Shown piece after piece: positions 35,983-46,700 of a stretch of 64,000 bases of DNA (the stretch's first letter is position 1; the number at the start of each line of letters is the position of its first letter). The stretch lies in the IMG/VR virus record IMGVR_UViG_3300045016_000151, positions 18,078 to 82,077 of that record; one strand, given 5' to 3'. The position numbers and the translations under genes are program-made. The notes below the pieces were generated by a model. It ran no database searches, was not told where the DNA came from, and worked only from the letters and a program-made list of their open reading frames with translations. This DNA is from a virus. Taxonomy: Duplodnaviria > Heunggongvirae > Uroviricota > Caudoviricetes.

Positions 35983-36320
35983 AGCCGAGAGTATCTTACA
36001 GCATTATTTTAGTTCTTATTTGTGCATTAGCAAACTTACCTATTTCGCTGTCGTTTATAGTAGGAGGAATTTTTGAGTTACTAATGGCTGTTATTTTATG
36101 TATTAAAATGTCCAATGAAGAAGAAATAAAAGCAACGGGGGTCTATGGTTGGATATCAGTACAATATGTCGATAATAATGAACTACATACATTAGATATC
36201 ATAAACATGGTAGGAGTAAGAATTCTTGCGTATTCATTAGGAGCACTCGGAGCATTGTATTACATTCCGACCGCTTTACTGCTAATTCTCACATACTTTG
36301 ATATAGAAATAAGGCACTGA
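35964..36320 (+). CDS. Small hydrophobic membrane protein
   Basis: ORF track; predicted transmembrane helices; terminator at its 3' end. Confidence 0.4.
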   Translation: MVRTVIKPRVSYSIILVLICALANLPISLSFIVGGIFELLMAVILCIKMSNEEEIKATGVYGWISVQYVDNNELHTLDIINMVGVRILAYSLGALGALYYIPTALLLILTYFDIEIRH

Positions 36321-36342
36321 TTGGTGCCTTATTCTATTTTTT
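36308..36342. terminator. Bidirectional terminator (AATAAGGCAC-TGATTG-GTGCCTTATT followed by a T-run)
   Basis: 10-bp perfect stem between the plus-strand and minus-strand gene blocks. Confidence 0.7.
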
Positions 36343-36431
36343 CAAACCACACAGTTATTTTAGGAACACCGTTTCGATCATAAGCAAAAACATCTTTTAT
36401 AATTTCTACTGTGGGATCGTTTAACAAGGTT

Positions 36432-36620
36432 TCATATAGCTTCTTGTCTGCCGGATCCTTCAGTTCGTATACTTCCACCTTCTTCATTTATTACTTTCCA
36501 TTCTTCTGCTTCTGCAGTTTTAACACCATCTTGAAAATTCTTTAGGTCTTTGCTGGGAATTTGCTTTATTTCCCCAGTCTTTGTAGATTGTACTTCAACC
36601 ATATCACTATATTTTATCAT
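36432..36620 (-). CDS. Small hypothetical protein
   Basis: ORF track. Confidence 0.35.
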   Translation of the reverse strand: MIKYSDMVEVQSTKTGEIKQIPSKDLKNFQDGVKTAEAEEWKVINEEGGSIRTEGSGRQEAI

Positions 36621-38578
36621 TTTGATTCTTTCTTAGCCTTGCTTATACGTTCTTTGTGCGGCCAGCTTTTTTCTTCATGTTCCATCTTTTTTATTTCATG
36701 CTGCATCTTTACTTCTTCGTGTGCGGCCATTTCTTTTTCATGCTTTTGCTCAACACTGGCCATTTCTTTTTCATGCACCATCTCGCGTTCGCGCATAGTC
36801 GATTCTGCCTGTTGTTCCGGCGTACCGCCATACACAGCTTGCAGTCGTTGCATTACGAAACTAAATGCTAATGGAGCCTTTTGCTGTAGCATTACTAAAG
36901 CTTGCTGCTGTGAAACAGGATCCATACCCGCAATTTGCGCGGTATATTTTTGCAATATATCACTAGGGTCTTGATCCGGAGCTTGTAATTGCTGTTTAAG
37001 TTCAATAACAAACATACTTTCGCGTATACGAGCCTGTTCTTCTAAGAAAGCATCCATAGCTTTTGCACGATAACGCTCAAGTAATACTTGTGATTTACCT
37101 TGCATATCCGCCTGCGCAGTCATTTGGTCCATTTGTAGATCAATATTAGTCTTATTATCTATCTTCTGATATTTGCGTTGTTCTTTTGGATCCAGCCCAA
37201 ATTCAGTTTGTAAATATGAATCTGCGATTTTACCTAGTTGTGCTAATTGTATAAGTGTTTCTTTTGTTTGAATATCGTCGCTCATACGGAATTTCTTTAA
37301 CACAAATTTTACCGGAGGAAACCCAAGATACGCCGCTATTTTAGGACTTGCAAAATAGTTCAGAAAATCATGAAGTTCTTCACGATAAGTTAAGAAATGA
37401 TTCTCGACTATACGTAAACTTACACTGCTGCTAGTCCAAGTAGCGCCGCCTTTAATAAATTCCGTCGGTACGCCAAATGAGTTAATAATCAGTTCCTCAA
37501 GGAATTTTAACTCTGGTGTGACTTGTAACATCTTTGCATCACCACTTAATCCTTGATAACCAATCGGTATAGGAAATACCGCAATATGATTTGGATCTCG
37601 GCGCCATCTGGAAAGATTATCTTCGATTTGACTGCGCCATGAACCTAAATGCATCTGCGAAAAAGGGTCGATATTACCTTGGCTGCTTGGAAAAACTGAA
37701 CGCATAGGTACTAAATGGTCTGCGGCTATTGCTTCGTTCCCACGGCGTAATGTCTGTGTGTACCAAAGCATTGGTAGTGCAGACAAGATAAGTGGTTTGC
37801 CCCATCCTTGATCCTCTTCTGCTAGAGTAGCCCGTTTAAAATGATAAAGATTTGTAGGGTCGAGCATGATCTTACGGTTGTGTTTTACAGCTTCGATAAA
37901 CAACATAGGGGTGCGTTCAATAACTTCGCGCTTACCATCTATGATACCTTTTTTGGTGCCTGGTTGCATATCATAATAATATTTATTTTCACCTGTTAAC
38001 TCATCATGATCGATAGAGATATTCTCTGGTGACCAGCGAATGAATTTAAAGTATTTTGAATTTTTTAACGTGCGATCATCAACTTTAAAGATTACCATCT
38101 TTGCACCACAGCGGGGGCAATCACCATAGAATGAGAAATCTCTCCATTGATATTTTGCACGTTCTATAGGTTGGTTTTCACCGCAACTGGGACATACTAA
38201 GAAGCGGCGAAATTTCAAATTAATTGATACAAAACAATTACCATATGTGAAATAATCAAGTCCTATCTCAATTAATAGGCGTTTTAGATTTATATTATGA
38301 TCGATTAATTCGCTGTAATCGGCTTGTAATTTTTCATCTTCTAAACCCTCAATTAGAAGATCCGTTACTGGATATTCTGCGAGTTTAGTTATAACATTGT
38401 TTACAAATTCATTACGATAGTAAAAGATACGGCAGAGCTTGAACAGTGATTTAACTGTTCTAGGCATGAAGAAACGACTAAGATCTAAAAATGGATTAGG
38501 GTAAATTAATCTAGTTGTCGCAAGCGCCTGGGCATCTCCGCCCCCTATTAATTGATCACTGTACGGCGTGGTCGGCAT
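36617..38578 (-). CDS. Large virion-associated protein with an internal zinc ribbon (CPSCG...CPRCG) and a Lys/Glu-rich tail. Possibly a portal or head protein, but function is unassigned
   Basis: Size and position in the minus-strand morphogenesis block only. Confidence 0.55.
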   Translation of the reverse strand: MPTTPYSDQLIGGGDAQALATTRLIYPNPFLDLSRFFMPRTVKSLFKLCRIFYYRNEFVNNVITKLAEYPVTDLLIEGLEDEKLQADYSELIDHNINLKRLLIEIGLDYFTYGNCFVSINLKFRRFLVCPSCGENQPIERAKYQWRDFSFYGDCPRCGAKMVIFKVDDRTLKNSKYFKFIRWSPENISIDHDELTGENKYYYDMQPGTKKGIIDGKREVIERTPMLFIEAVKHNRKIMLDPTNLYHFKRATLAEEDQGWGKPLILSALPMLWYTQTLRRGNEAIAADHLVPMRSVFPSSQGNIDPFSQMHLGSWRSQIEDNLSRWRRDPNHIAVFPIPIGYQGLSGDAKMLQVTPELKFLEELIINSFGVPTEFIKGGATWTSSSVSLRIVENHFLTYREELHDFLNYFASPKIAAYLGFPPVKFVLKKFRMSDDIQTKETLIQLAQLGKIADSYLQTEFGLDPKEQRKYQKIDNKTNIDLQMDQMTAQADMQGKSQVLLERYRAKAMDAFLEEQARIRESMFVIELKQQLQAPDQDPSDILQKYTAQIAGMDPVSQQQALVMLQQKAPLAFSFVMQRLQAVYGGTPEQQAESTMREREMVHEKEMASVEQKHEKEMAAHEEVKMQHEIKKMEHEEKSWPHKERISKAKKESK

Positions 38579-38791
38579 TATTTTATTTCCTTATTTTAGT
38601 ATGTGGACAGGACTTATAAAAGCCCTTTGCACAATTACAATTATAACACAATATTTGATATTTATTAGCCGGAAATTTATTGCGGATAATAAAACGATAT
38701 GTGTCTGTTCCTATATTTATATTTTGTTATTTACGTTCTTTATTACCATTATTAAAGATATGATCAATGGTTAGTAGTACTTAATTCACAA

Positions 38792-39301
38792 TTACAATTT
38801 CTGCAATTTTTCATTCAAATATTCTAATATACTTAAATACTTTCCAGCTTGAATTTCTTCAGTAGTTTCGCCTAAGGGGAAAGGTCCTTTAACAGATAAC
38901 TCTTTCGCTTTTTCTAAGTAGGGATTTTCTAGCCCAACTTGTGGCGGATAAATAAAAACACCGGCATCATTACACATAAATTTTATATATAATTGCACTT
39001 CTTTCGAATACTCTAAACCTGGTCTTATTTGATCGGCTAATTGTACAGCATACCAAATCTGCTCTGGCGTACAACCATCGAGTTTCGTGAAATCTGGAAC
39101 TATATCATTTAATGCCAATGTTATATCTTCAAATGCATAAAAGTTTTCCCAGAATTGACGTGTGTGCTTTAACACTTTTAGAGCCATAGTCTTATTAAAC
39201 TCTTCTTCCGATAAATCCGGATAGAGTTGTCTAAGAGTATCAGGTTCTAAAACGTCGTCTTCTTGAACAAACTGTAATAAATCTTCAGTACGTGACATCA
39301 A
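38792..39301 (-). CDS. Hypothetical protein
   Basis: ORF track; stop-start overlap with a neighbouring gene. Confidence 0.5.
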   Translation of the reverse strand: MMSRTEDLLQFVQEDDVLEPDTLRQLYPDLSEEEFNKTMALKVLKHTRQFWENFYAFEDITLALNDIVPDFTKLDGCTPEQIWYAVQLADQIRPGLEYSKEVQLYIKFMCNDAGVFIYPPQVGLENPYLEKAKELSVKGPFPLGETTEEIQAGKYLSILEYLNEKLQKL

Positions 39302-40482
39302 TCTTTCTTCATATGATTAGATGGTTCATTAATAGTTATATTTAAACTATCTTTTGCTTTTGGTTTTGGAGCTTCGCCTGGTTTAACTGGTGGTGTCGAG
39401 TCAGTGTCAGGATACATCTCATGGGTACCAACAGCTAATTTTTCAAGGCTCTTAGCAATCTTTTGTCTTACAGGCGTTGGCAATGATTCAAATATATCCA
39501 ATCCCTCAGGTCCTTTTAAATCTTCAGCTGTCGCTGCATCAACTATACCATTAGGTAATTTTCTCAATGACTCGAGATTTATTTCAATACCATTATAACC
39601 CGCTACCTTTACAAAACGTTGTGGAGTCGTATCAAACACAGAAAATACTGGATCTTCTATCGATTTATTCCATTCACGGTTTAGTCCGAGTTTACGATCG
39701 ATTTCTTCTAATACTTTAGCAGTTTTTACTGGACCTAATGTACTTGCTTGTTTTGCTAATTCATCGAATACGTTTCGTTCGGCTTCCAATACATATCCTT
39801 TACGTGCTGCTATTGCTGCACCAAAAGTACGACTTAACGTATTAGGGTGTATATTTGCGTACTTTTCTATACGTGTTCCTTTATAATCTACACCGAATTT
39901 ATCCGCAGCAATTTTAACGTTGGCTGCAAACTCGAACGCATTTAACGGTGAAAATCTTTTCCAATGATCTGTAAAGTAAGCCATTGCTTTCTTTACTAAC
40001 TGAGCGGTATGAATAGGATATTTTTCATGCAAAGCATACTTAACATTTTCATCAGTATTCTTTTCACGCATAGCACTAACTTCTGCGATATTCACCCAAT
40101 TGGTTGCTTGTTTTTCCTCCGCATATTTTTTTATGGTTTCAGGAACAGGTAATTTATAATAATGTGCAGCTTTAGCTAAATGGTACGAGGCCACTTTTAC
40201 CAATTCCACTGGAAGCGAATTTGCTTTATCTTCGAAAATCCGCATATTTAGTTCGGTAATGAATCTATCACACATGGCAAGCTTTTTCATTTTTCCGATG
40301 TGCGGGTGAAAGAGAATCAATGCGAACTTATCATCAGCCATTTTTTCAGTTTCGTCTAAGGACGGAATGTGCGCATTCTTTATAAGTTCATCCTTACCTT
40401 TTGTAATTTCGACCAAATAGTCGATTTGTCCTGCAGTCACAAGATCAGTAACATCATACTGCAACGACGCTAATTTTTTCAT
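39298..40482 (-). CDS. Hypothetical protein
   Basis: ORF track; ATGA overlaps. Confidence 0.55.
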   Translation of the reverse strand: MKKLASLQYDVTDLVTAGQIDYLVEITKGKDELIKNAHIPSLDETEKMADDKFALILFHPHIGKMKKLAMCDRFITELNMRIFEDKANSLPVELVKVASYHLAKAAHYYKLPVPETIKKYAEEKQATNWVNIAEVSAMREKNTDENVKYALHEKYPIHTAQLVKKAMAYFTDHWKRFSPLNAFEFAANVKIAADKFGVDYKGTRIEKYANIHPNTLSRTFGAAIAARKGYVLEAERNVFDELAKQASTLGPVKTAKVLEEIDRKLGLNREWNKSIEDPVFSVFDTTPQRFVKVAGYNGIEINLESLRKLPNGIVDAATAEDLKGPEGLDIFESLPTPVRQKIAKSLEKLAVGTHEMYPDTDSTPPVKPGEAPKPKAKDSLNITINEPSNHMKKD

Positions 40483-41006
40483 TTATTTTTCCTTAATTTC
40501 TTTACAAACGCCGCACCAGTATTACCTGGACAGCTTGGCTTTCCTTGTAACTCATCGTGTGTATACACGTCTTTATTTGTTAAATATAGTAATTTTCGTA
40601 GATACGCCACTGTCCAAGCTAAGGCATCTATCTGCGCTTTAGGGGACTCACCGTCGCGACATTTTACTAACTTACCATCTTCTATATAATTATAGTAACC
40701 TCCAAGACAAATAGCAATAGATATCGTATTCTTATTCTTTACATGCGAAGTTATATCTTCCAACTTATTGCATTGATATATTTTACCATCTGGCTCAATA
40801 AAAAATGTATACGCGATTCTTGGCATACCTCGTCCTAATGTAATATTAGGTGAGTTAGTAATACAAAATTTATTCGTATCAGCAACCGTTTTGGTCCCAA
40901 GACTCTGATGGATGACAATGTTTTTTATCTGTGATACCTGTCGTTTTTTCCAACGTTGTCCGTTTGTATTCCAGGGTAGTGTATCTGACACATCAATTAT
41001 ATTCAT
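40479..41006 (-). CDS. N-acetylmuramoyl-L-alanine amidase (Amidase_2/PGRP fold, T7-lysozyme-like) endolysin (NIVIHQSLG...AYTFFIEPDGKIYQ...TSHV...SIAI)
   Basis: Amidase_2 motifs read from the translation. Confidence 0.75.
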   Translation of the reverse strand: MNIIDVSDTLPWNTNGQRWKKRQVSQIKNIVIHQSLGTKTVADTNKFCITNSPNITLGRGMPRIAYTFFIEPDGKIYQCNKLEDITSHVKNKNTISIAICLGGYYNYIEDGKLVKCRDGESPKAQIDALAWTVAYLRKLLYLTNKDVYTHDELQGKPSCPGNTGAAFVKKLRKNK

Positions 41007-41332
41007 GGGTGCTCTTCATTTGACCAGTCAACATTTTCGATACGACTGGCACCACCAATACTAGTAACAATATACTTTGATCCAATAATATACCCGAGTA
41101 AGGATAAACCTACGAGGTACCATAGATATGATAATATAATACCATTAAACACAAAATAGATAGTAGAATAAAACCACACAATCCACGAACCTCGTCCTAA
41201 TGAGAATTTCTCTTCGCCGGTTCGTTCATCATAATCGCTTACTGAATCTACAAAAAAGTCAATTACATTGACTATAAATTTTTTAATTAAATCAATTGTT
41301 TTGTTTGCCATAGCTTTAAAAAACATAAACAC
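41003..41332 (-). CDS. Small two-transmembrane protein; holin candidate
   Basis: Hydrophobic segments; adjacent to the endolysin gene. Confidence 0.45.
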   Translation of the reverse strand: MFMFFKAMANKTIDLIKKFIVNVIDFFVDSVSDYDERTGEEKFSLGRGSWIVWFYSTIYFVFNGIILSYLWYLVGLSLLGYIIGSKYIVTSIGGASRIENVDWSNEEHP

Positions 41333-41990
41333 TTACTCCCAATCTTAACTTGTCATACCAGTTTGACCCATTTGCTTTTCCTACAACCTGATAGCTCATA
41401 TATACCACCCAATTATCAAATCTGTAACTAGCGCCAGCATATACCTGTCCAACTGGATTCACGTCAGCTGAGAGTGCAAAAACCTTAAATGGTATCGGCA
41501 CCATCTTTTTATTGTTAATTATTATTAACGAACTATCAATTGGTGGACGTTTTGTTAAGGTCCACGCAAACTTTTTTGTTGTATCCTCTAATGGATAATA
41601 TGTTATTGTTAACACACCAAACGAACTATCAGAAATAGTTCCTTCATATGGTGTGCTTAATTTTGCGATTAAACTATCTTTGTTAAATGTTGAATCTAAT
41701 AGAGCACGTATGCGTGCACGATATTGATCGTCTAACTTTGCTATTCCCGCCGCATAACCACTCGTGTCTTTACGTGGTATATATTTATGTATTGTAATTG
41801 TGTCTGTTTGAACTGGAGAATTAGCAATAAGTTCCGTATAAAATTTATCGTCTTTTGCTTTTTGCTCGCTGACGGCTTGTGCTTTATCACTCACATGCCA
41901 TAACCAGGCACCTAAAATAATAACACCAACTAATCCAATAATAATTAATGTGCTTTTATATGCACCGATTAATTCTAATAATGTATTCAT
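41316..41990 (-). CDS. Membrane-anchored protein (N-terminal transmembrane helix); part of the lysis cassette, possibly a spanin-like protein
   Basis: ORF track; hydrophobic N terminus. Confidence 0.5.
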   Translation of the reverse strand: MNTLLELIGAYKSTLIIIGLVGVIILGAWLWHVSDKAQAVSEQKAKDDKFYTELIANSPVQTDTITIHKYIPRKDTSGYAAGIAKLDDQYRARIRALLDSTFNKDSLIAKLSTPYEGTISDSSFGVLTITYYPLEDTTKKFAWTLTKRPPIDSSLIIINNKKMVPIPFKVFALSADVNPVGQVYAGASYRFDNWVVYMSYQVVGKANGSNWYDKLRLGVSVYVF

Positions 41991-42340
41991 TTTTTATGTT
42001 TTTTCTGGAATTCTTCGAACTCCGTTTTATCCATAATCACTAATTTTTTCTTCGCTTGATGGATTAACCATATAAGCGTTCCATACCCTCCAAATGATCC
42101 CAATCCTGCGGCTATAATTCCTGCTATTTCATATGTAGTAAAAAAACTAACTACTAAAAACGACATGTACCCTGCAAAGACTCCGACAATTGCGTGTATG
42201 ATCATCAATCCCAATGACAGCTTATCTAGTTCCTGTGATTTCGCCAGGAATTCAGATAAATATCTTACGATACCGCCTAAGATACTTGTTAATATAATTT
42301 GTATTGTATACAACGGGTCAATTGTCATAGTGTGTGACAT
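41987..42340 (-). CDS. Small multi-transmembrane protein; holin-like
   Basis: Three hydrophobic helices; C-terminal Lys-rich tail. Confidence 0.45.
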   Translation of the reverse strand: MSHTMTIDPLYTIQIILTSILGGIVRYLSEFLAKSQELDKLSLGLMIIHAIVGVFAGYMSFLVVSFFTTYEIAGIIAAGLGSFGGYGTLIWLIHQAKKKLVIMDKTEFEEFQKKHKK

Positions 42341-43047
42341 TTCTTTATCATAGATGGTATCAGTATTAACATCATTCCTGCCAGCAATACCGCAAGGCCA
42401 AACACAATTGTATAATTATCACGAATGGCATCTAATGAAAATGTAAACGAACTTGTAAATGTAAACACAATATATACAAATTTCGCGCCGTTGGGAGTAG
42501 GTTCAGGAATTATTACCCACGATATCAAATAACGTACACCATCTGTTCTTGTAATAACCACTGGCGCTAAGTCTTCTGGCAGTGTAAAATGTTCTAAGCT
42601 ATTATAAAATCGAGTAAACTGCCCAGGAGATACCGTTCCGATTTCTTCCGCGCGGGCAATACTATTTTTGACATTGCCCACGGACATATATTTTTGGTAA
42701 TATGGATTTCCACCTATCCATATAAATGGATATCCATTTTTGGGATCATATCTTGCCATTATTTGTGCTTCAGTGTTATCAATTTTAGTTGTAGTGGTTA
42801 AAAATTTAGCCAACTCTATTTCATTTCGTTCCTCAGCACGCGTATGTTTGAAATAATAATCAGACATACGTAATAATGCTGTCGTCTTAAAATGTACACG
42901 TTGTGAGTACAAAGAACGCTCTATGTCATATAAAGCAGTCCTTGTCACATACAGGGTACCTATTACCAATACTATATTACAAATTATAAGGAGTATTAAT
43001 GAAGTCAGTTTCCTTCTCATTTTAAAATTTTCCTTGGAGGCGTCCAT
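42325..43047 (-). CDS. Membrane-anchored hypothetical protein
   Basis: ORF track; N-terminal and C-terminal hydrophobic segments. Confidence 0.5.
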   Translation of the reverse strand: MDASKENFKMRRKLTSLILLIICNIVLVIGTLYVTRTALYDIERSLYSQRVHFKTTALLRMSDYYFKHTRAEERNEIELAKFLTTTTKIDNTEAQIMARYDPKNGYPFIWIGGNPYYQKYMSVGNVKNSIARAEEIGTVSPGQFTRFYNSLEHFTLPEDLAPVVITRTDGVRYLISWVIIPEPTPNGAKFVYIVFTFTSSFTFSLDAIRDNYTIVFGLAVLLAGMMLILIPSMIKKCHTL

Positions 43048-43060
43048 AGCCGCCTATAAT

Positions 43061-43450
43061 TTACTCTTCGACCAATACCGTGTCGATAAGTGGTACTAAT
43101 ATCTCGCCGGGTATTTTTTCGGCGCTTATTTGCGATTTTTTAATTTTTGTAAACACAACTTCATGTTCTTCGGTATCAAGTTTTGCTAACTCCACTTGAT
43201 AGTCTTTTATAAGTGCTGGATCAGAAATTTTCGTCAACATCTGTCCCTTATCATCCGGATATTGTTTTACTTCACCTTTTTCATCTTTATCAGCGTATTT
43301 TTGATGAAGTTCTTTTGCAATTTCTTGTGCTTCATTTAAGACTTTATCGCAAGCACGAATATTTTTTGCTATTTCAAATGCTACGGTTAGGCGTTCTTTA
43401 CCTAATTTTTGTAAAGCATCTTTTATCATAAATATTTCTGCATATTTCAT
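43061..43450 (-). CDS. Hypothetical protein
   Basis: ORF track. Confidence 0.45.
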   Translation of the reverse strand: MKYAEIFMIKDALQKLGKERLTVAFEIAKNIRACDKVLNEAQEIAKELHQKYADKDEKGEVKQYPDDKGQMLTKISDPALIKDYQVELAKLDTEEHEVVFTKIKKSQISAEKIPGEILVPLIDTVLVEE

Positions 43451-43509
43451 AAATTAGAATTCTCCTTTATATGTGTAATATAAGTATAATTTACGAAAAA
43501 TGCAACAAT

Positions 43510-43740
43510 TTATTCGGTTATTAACTCTTTTAGAAGATCAGCAATCTTCGGAGCAACTGTTGTGGCATCGCCTTCAAATGCGAAAATCTGCTCATTTCCG
43601 CCGGCCATCGCTGGCCCAGGAAGCGCTTGATTTTTTGAAGGCGCAATAATAGATACTTGCACACCATTAGCTATTTTACGAAAATTTATTGATGCGGTAA
43701 CACCGCTTTCTAAAAGTGTTGACATTGATATTTGGGTCAT
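43510..43740 (-). CDS. Small hypothetical protein
   Basis: ORF track. Confidence 0.4.
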   Translation of the reverse strand: MTQISMSTLLESGVTASINFRKIANGVQVSIIAPSKNQALPGPAMAGGNEQIFAFEGDATTVAPKIADLLKELITE

Positions 43741-43745
43741 TTTAT

Positions 43746-46700
43746 TTATCCTTTTAATTGTAATTCCAATTCTAAAACTCGTTTTTCTAATCTAATAATT
43801 TTATCTTTTTGTGTTTCTATTTGTATATAATGTTTTTGTAATTCATTCAAAAGCAATACAGGCAATTTTTCATATGCAACATAGTCAGGTCTACCATTGT
43901 TGTCATATCCAACTAATTGTGGAATAACGCTATTGACTTCTTCAGCGAGTAATCCAAATTGTCTTTCAACAATATGAAATTCTGGTTTAAAATTAAAACT
44001 GATAGGACGCAATTTGTAAATAAGGGTCGAGTCTAGTTCTAAATCAGTTATCCGCTCTTTATATCGCAAAGAAGATGATGTAGTTCCCAACAAACCATTA
44101 CTGTCAACATAAACTGCGCGAGTACTTACTGTTCTTGAATAAACGTCGGGGACAGTAAATTGACCGTCTGACCCTAATTTCATCTTTGTTTGTGACCCAG
44201 AACCTAAATTATCATAATCAAAATACAAAGTGGTTAAATTACCATCCAAATTAATACACCAATAGTGTGGTCCATTACTATTCACAAGTTTAAACCCCGC
44301 ATAATACGATATACTCGAAGTATTAACACTAATAAGTGTATTCGCTGAGTCAGTTGTTGCGGATATATTTCCAGAAGCAGTCATTGCACCGGCAGTTAGG
44401 GAGTTGGCAATAGTAACATTTGCTGATGGATCAATAGTCATAGCCAGACCATTATATGTGTAAATCTTTAGGCCATTATAAGTGGCTGTATATTTTTCAA
44501 AGTAAACATCAGAAGCACCTACATAGATATTCCCATCTACAAGTAAGTTGTTGTCTGCAACATCACTTGCACCTCCAACGTGTAAACCTTTAGAGATGGA
44601 CACGGAGTTGGCGTTACCTGTGAATACGTTGGTATTTGGAAGTGTGAATGTGCTACTACTCGTTATTGCTCCATAAATATCTACTCCACCATCTATTCTT
44701 ACATTACCTCCACCTGTGTTATCACTGAATCGTAATCCTGTACCACTTGTGTAAATGTCCCATTGATGCGAAGAAGAACCACCGCTATAGATATTGAGTG
44801 TAGAACCGCCCGAACGAGAAATAATTAAACTACTGTTTCCGTTATAAGTAATGTTGAGTGTGCCAGCAAGGGTAGCTGCACCGGCAGTTAGGGAGTTGGC
44901 AATAGTAACATTTGCTGATGGATCAATAGTCATAGCCAGACCATTATATGTGTAAATCTTTAGGCCATTATAAGTGGCTGTATATTTTTCAAAGTAAACA
45001 TCAGAAGCACCTACATAGATATTCCCATCTACAAGTAAGTTGTTATCAGCTACATCTGATGTACCTCCTACATGTAATCCTTTACTAATGGATAATGAAT
45101 TTGTGTTTCCAGTAAGTACATTAGTATTGGGTAAAGTTATAGTTCCTGTAAAGTTCGCAGAACTTGAAATAGTCTGTCCGTTAATAGTGCTTGCTACTGC
45201 TAAAGTGCCAGTAAAACTGGCAGAACTTGAAATAGTTTGTCCATTTACTGTTCCACATTGAAATGCTGCTGCCGTCTTTAATACCGCTGCACTATCTCTA
45301 TATAGCCAAACGTCGATAGGATCACCAGTACCTTCACCAAATCCTATTCCCTTTTTATTAAAAGAAGGGCCAGCATAAATTCCTATGTAGTATAGACAAT
45401 AGTTAGCATTTTGACTTGTTCCAGAATAAGATATTATATCACCACCACCATAAAGTACCATTAGACATGTATTACTACCATTTAATAAAAAAGTAACATT
45501 CTCTGCTGTTACTGAAACGTCTCCTCCTTGTCCAGTGGAAGATGCATACAAACCTCCAACATTAAGAGTTCCACCAGAAATTGTTCCACCAGAAATTGTT
45601 CCACCAGTAATTGTTGCAGTTGAAGTAAAACTGCCTACTAACCGCATCACATTATTAGAAGTATCATAACCTATATAAACAGAACCATCACCTTTACCAA
45701 CATAAAAATAGGTATTATTAGCTCCTATAGTTCCCCACGGCATTGTTACATTTCCGGTGGTTTTAGCTGCGGCAAAAACTGGATACGCCTCAGACTCCCA
45801 AGATGCACAGAAACCATATCCATTTTTCCAATCAGGTGTAGAACCCCAATAGTTTCTGCCCACAAAAGCCCACATCCATTGTGAATTTATATACTTGCCT
45901 ACATACATAGAAGGATTGGTTGAATTGGCTAGTAGATTCAAGTATACATTATTTGAGTCATTGTATGTTAGAGCATCAGAACCAATAACCCAACTCGCTA
46001 TTCGTGCCGTGAGTACTCCTGTAGATAAATTTTTAGAGAATTGAACATAGGGAGTGCTGGTATAATCTGGAGATAATGAGAATCCAAATTCATTCTGCCA
46101 ATCACTGCTATAATACAGAAGCCCTACATTAACACCTATCTTAGAACTTGTATTCCTCATAAACAACGATGAAGCTACTGAGTTAGCAATAGAATATAAT
46201 GTAGAGTAATTATCACCTGATGTTTTATATAAAGCAGAATCTGTAAAATTCCAACCGGCAATCTGATACTGACGAGTTGTCATTTCAAATACTGGGGCTG
46301 TATTATAGTCGGCAGCTAAAGTAAATCCAAATTCATCACGCATACTTGATTCACGATAAACATTTCCAATACAAATAAACGGACCTGATGAACCGCCACG
46401 CATAATAATTGAAGGCTTAGTATAAGCGCCGCTGAATTGGGTCGCATCCGAGAGAATATAAACATAATCTTGACCGTGATCATGCCACAAAGCTTTATTA
46501 TTAAATCGCCAGCCCGCAATATGCGCTCTAAATGAAGAACTATTATCATTCTTATCACACGATATCTCAAATAAGTTGCCAAGATTCCATTGAACAAATT
46601 GAATCCCATAACGTACATTATTTCCTGTTGCCGTCCATTTAGATACCCCACTCCAAGTGCCTCCGGGATCAACATCTGCTACCCGTCCAACAAATAATTT

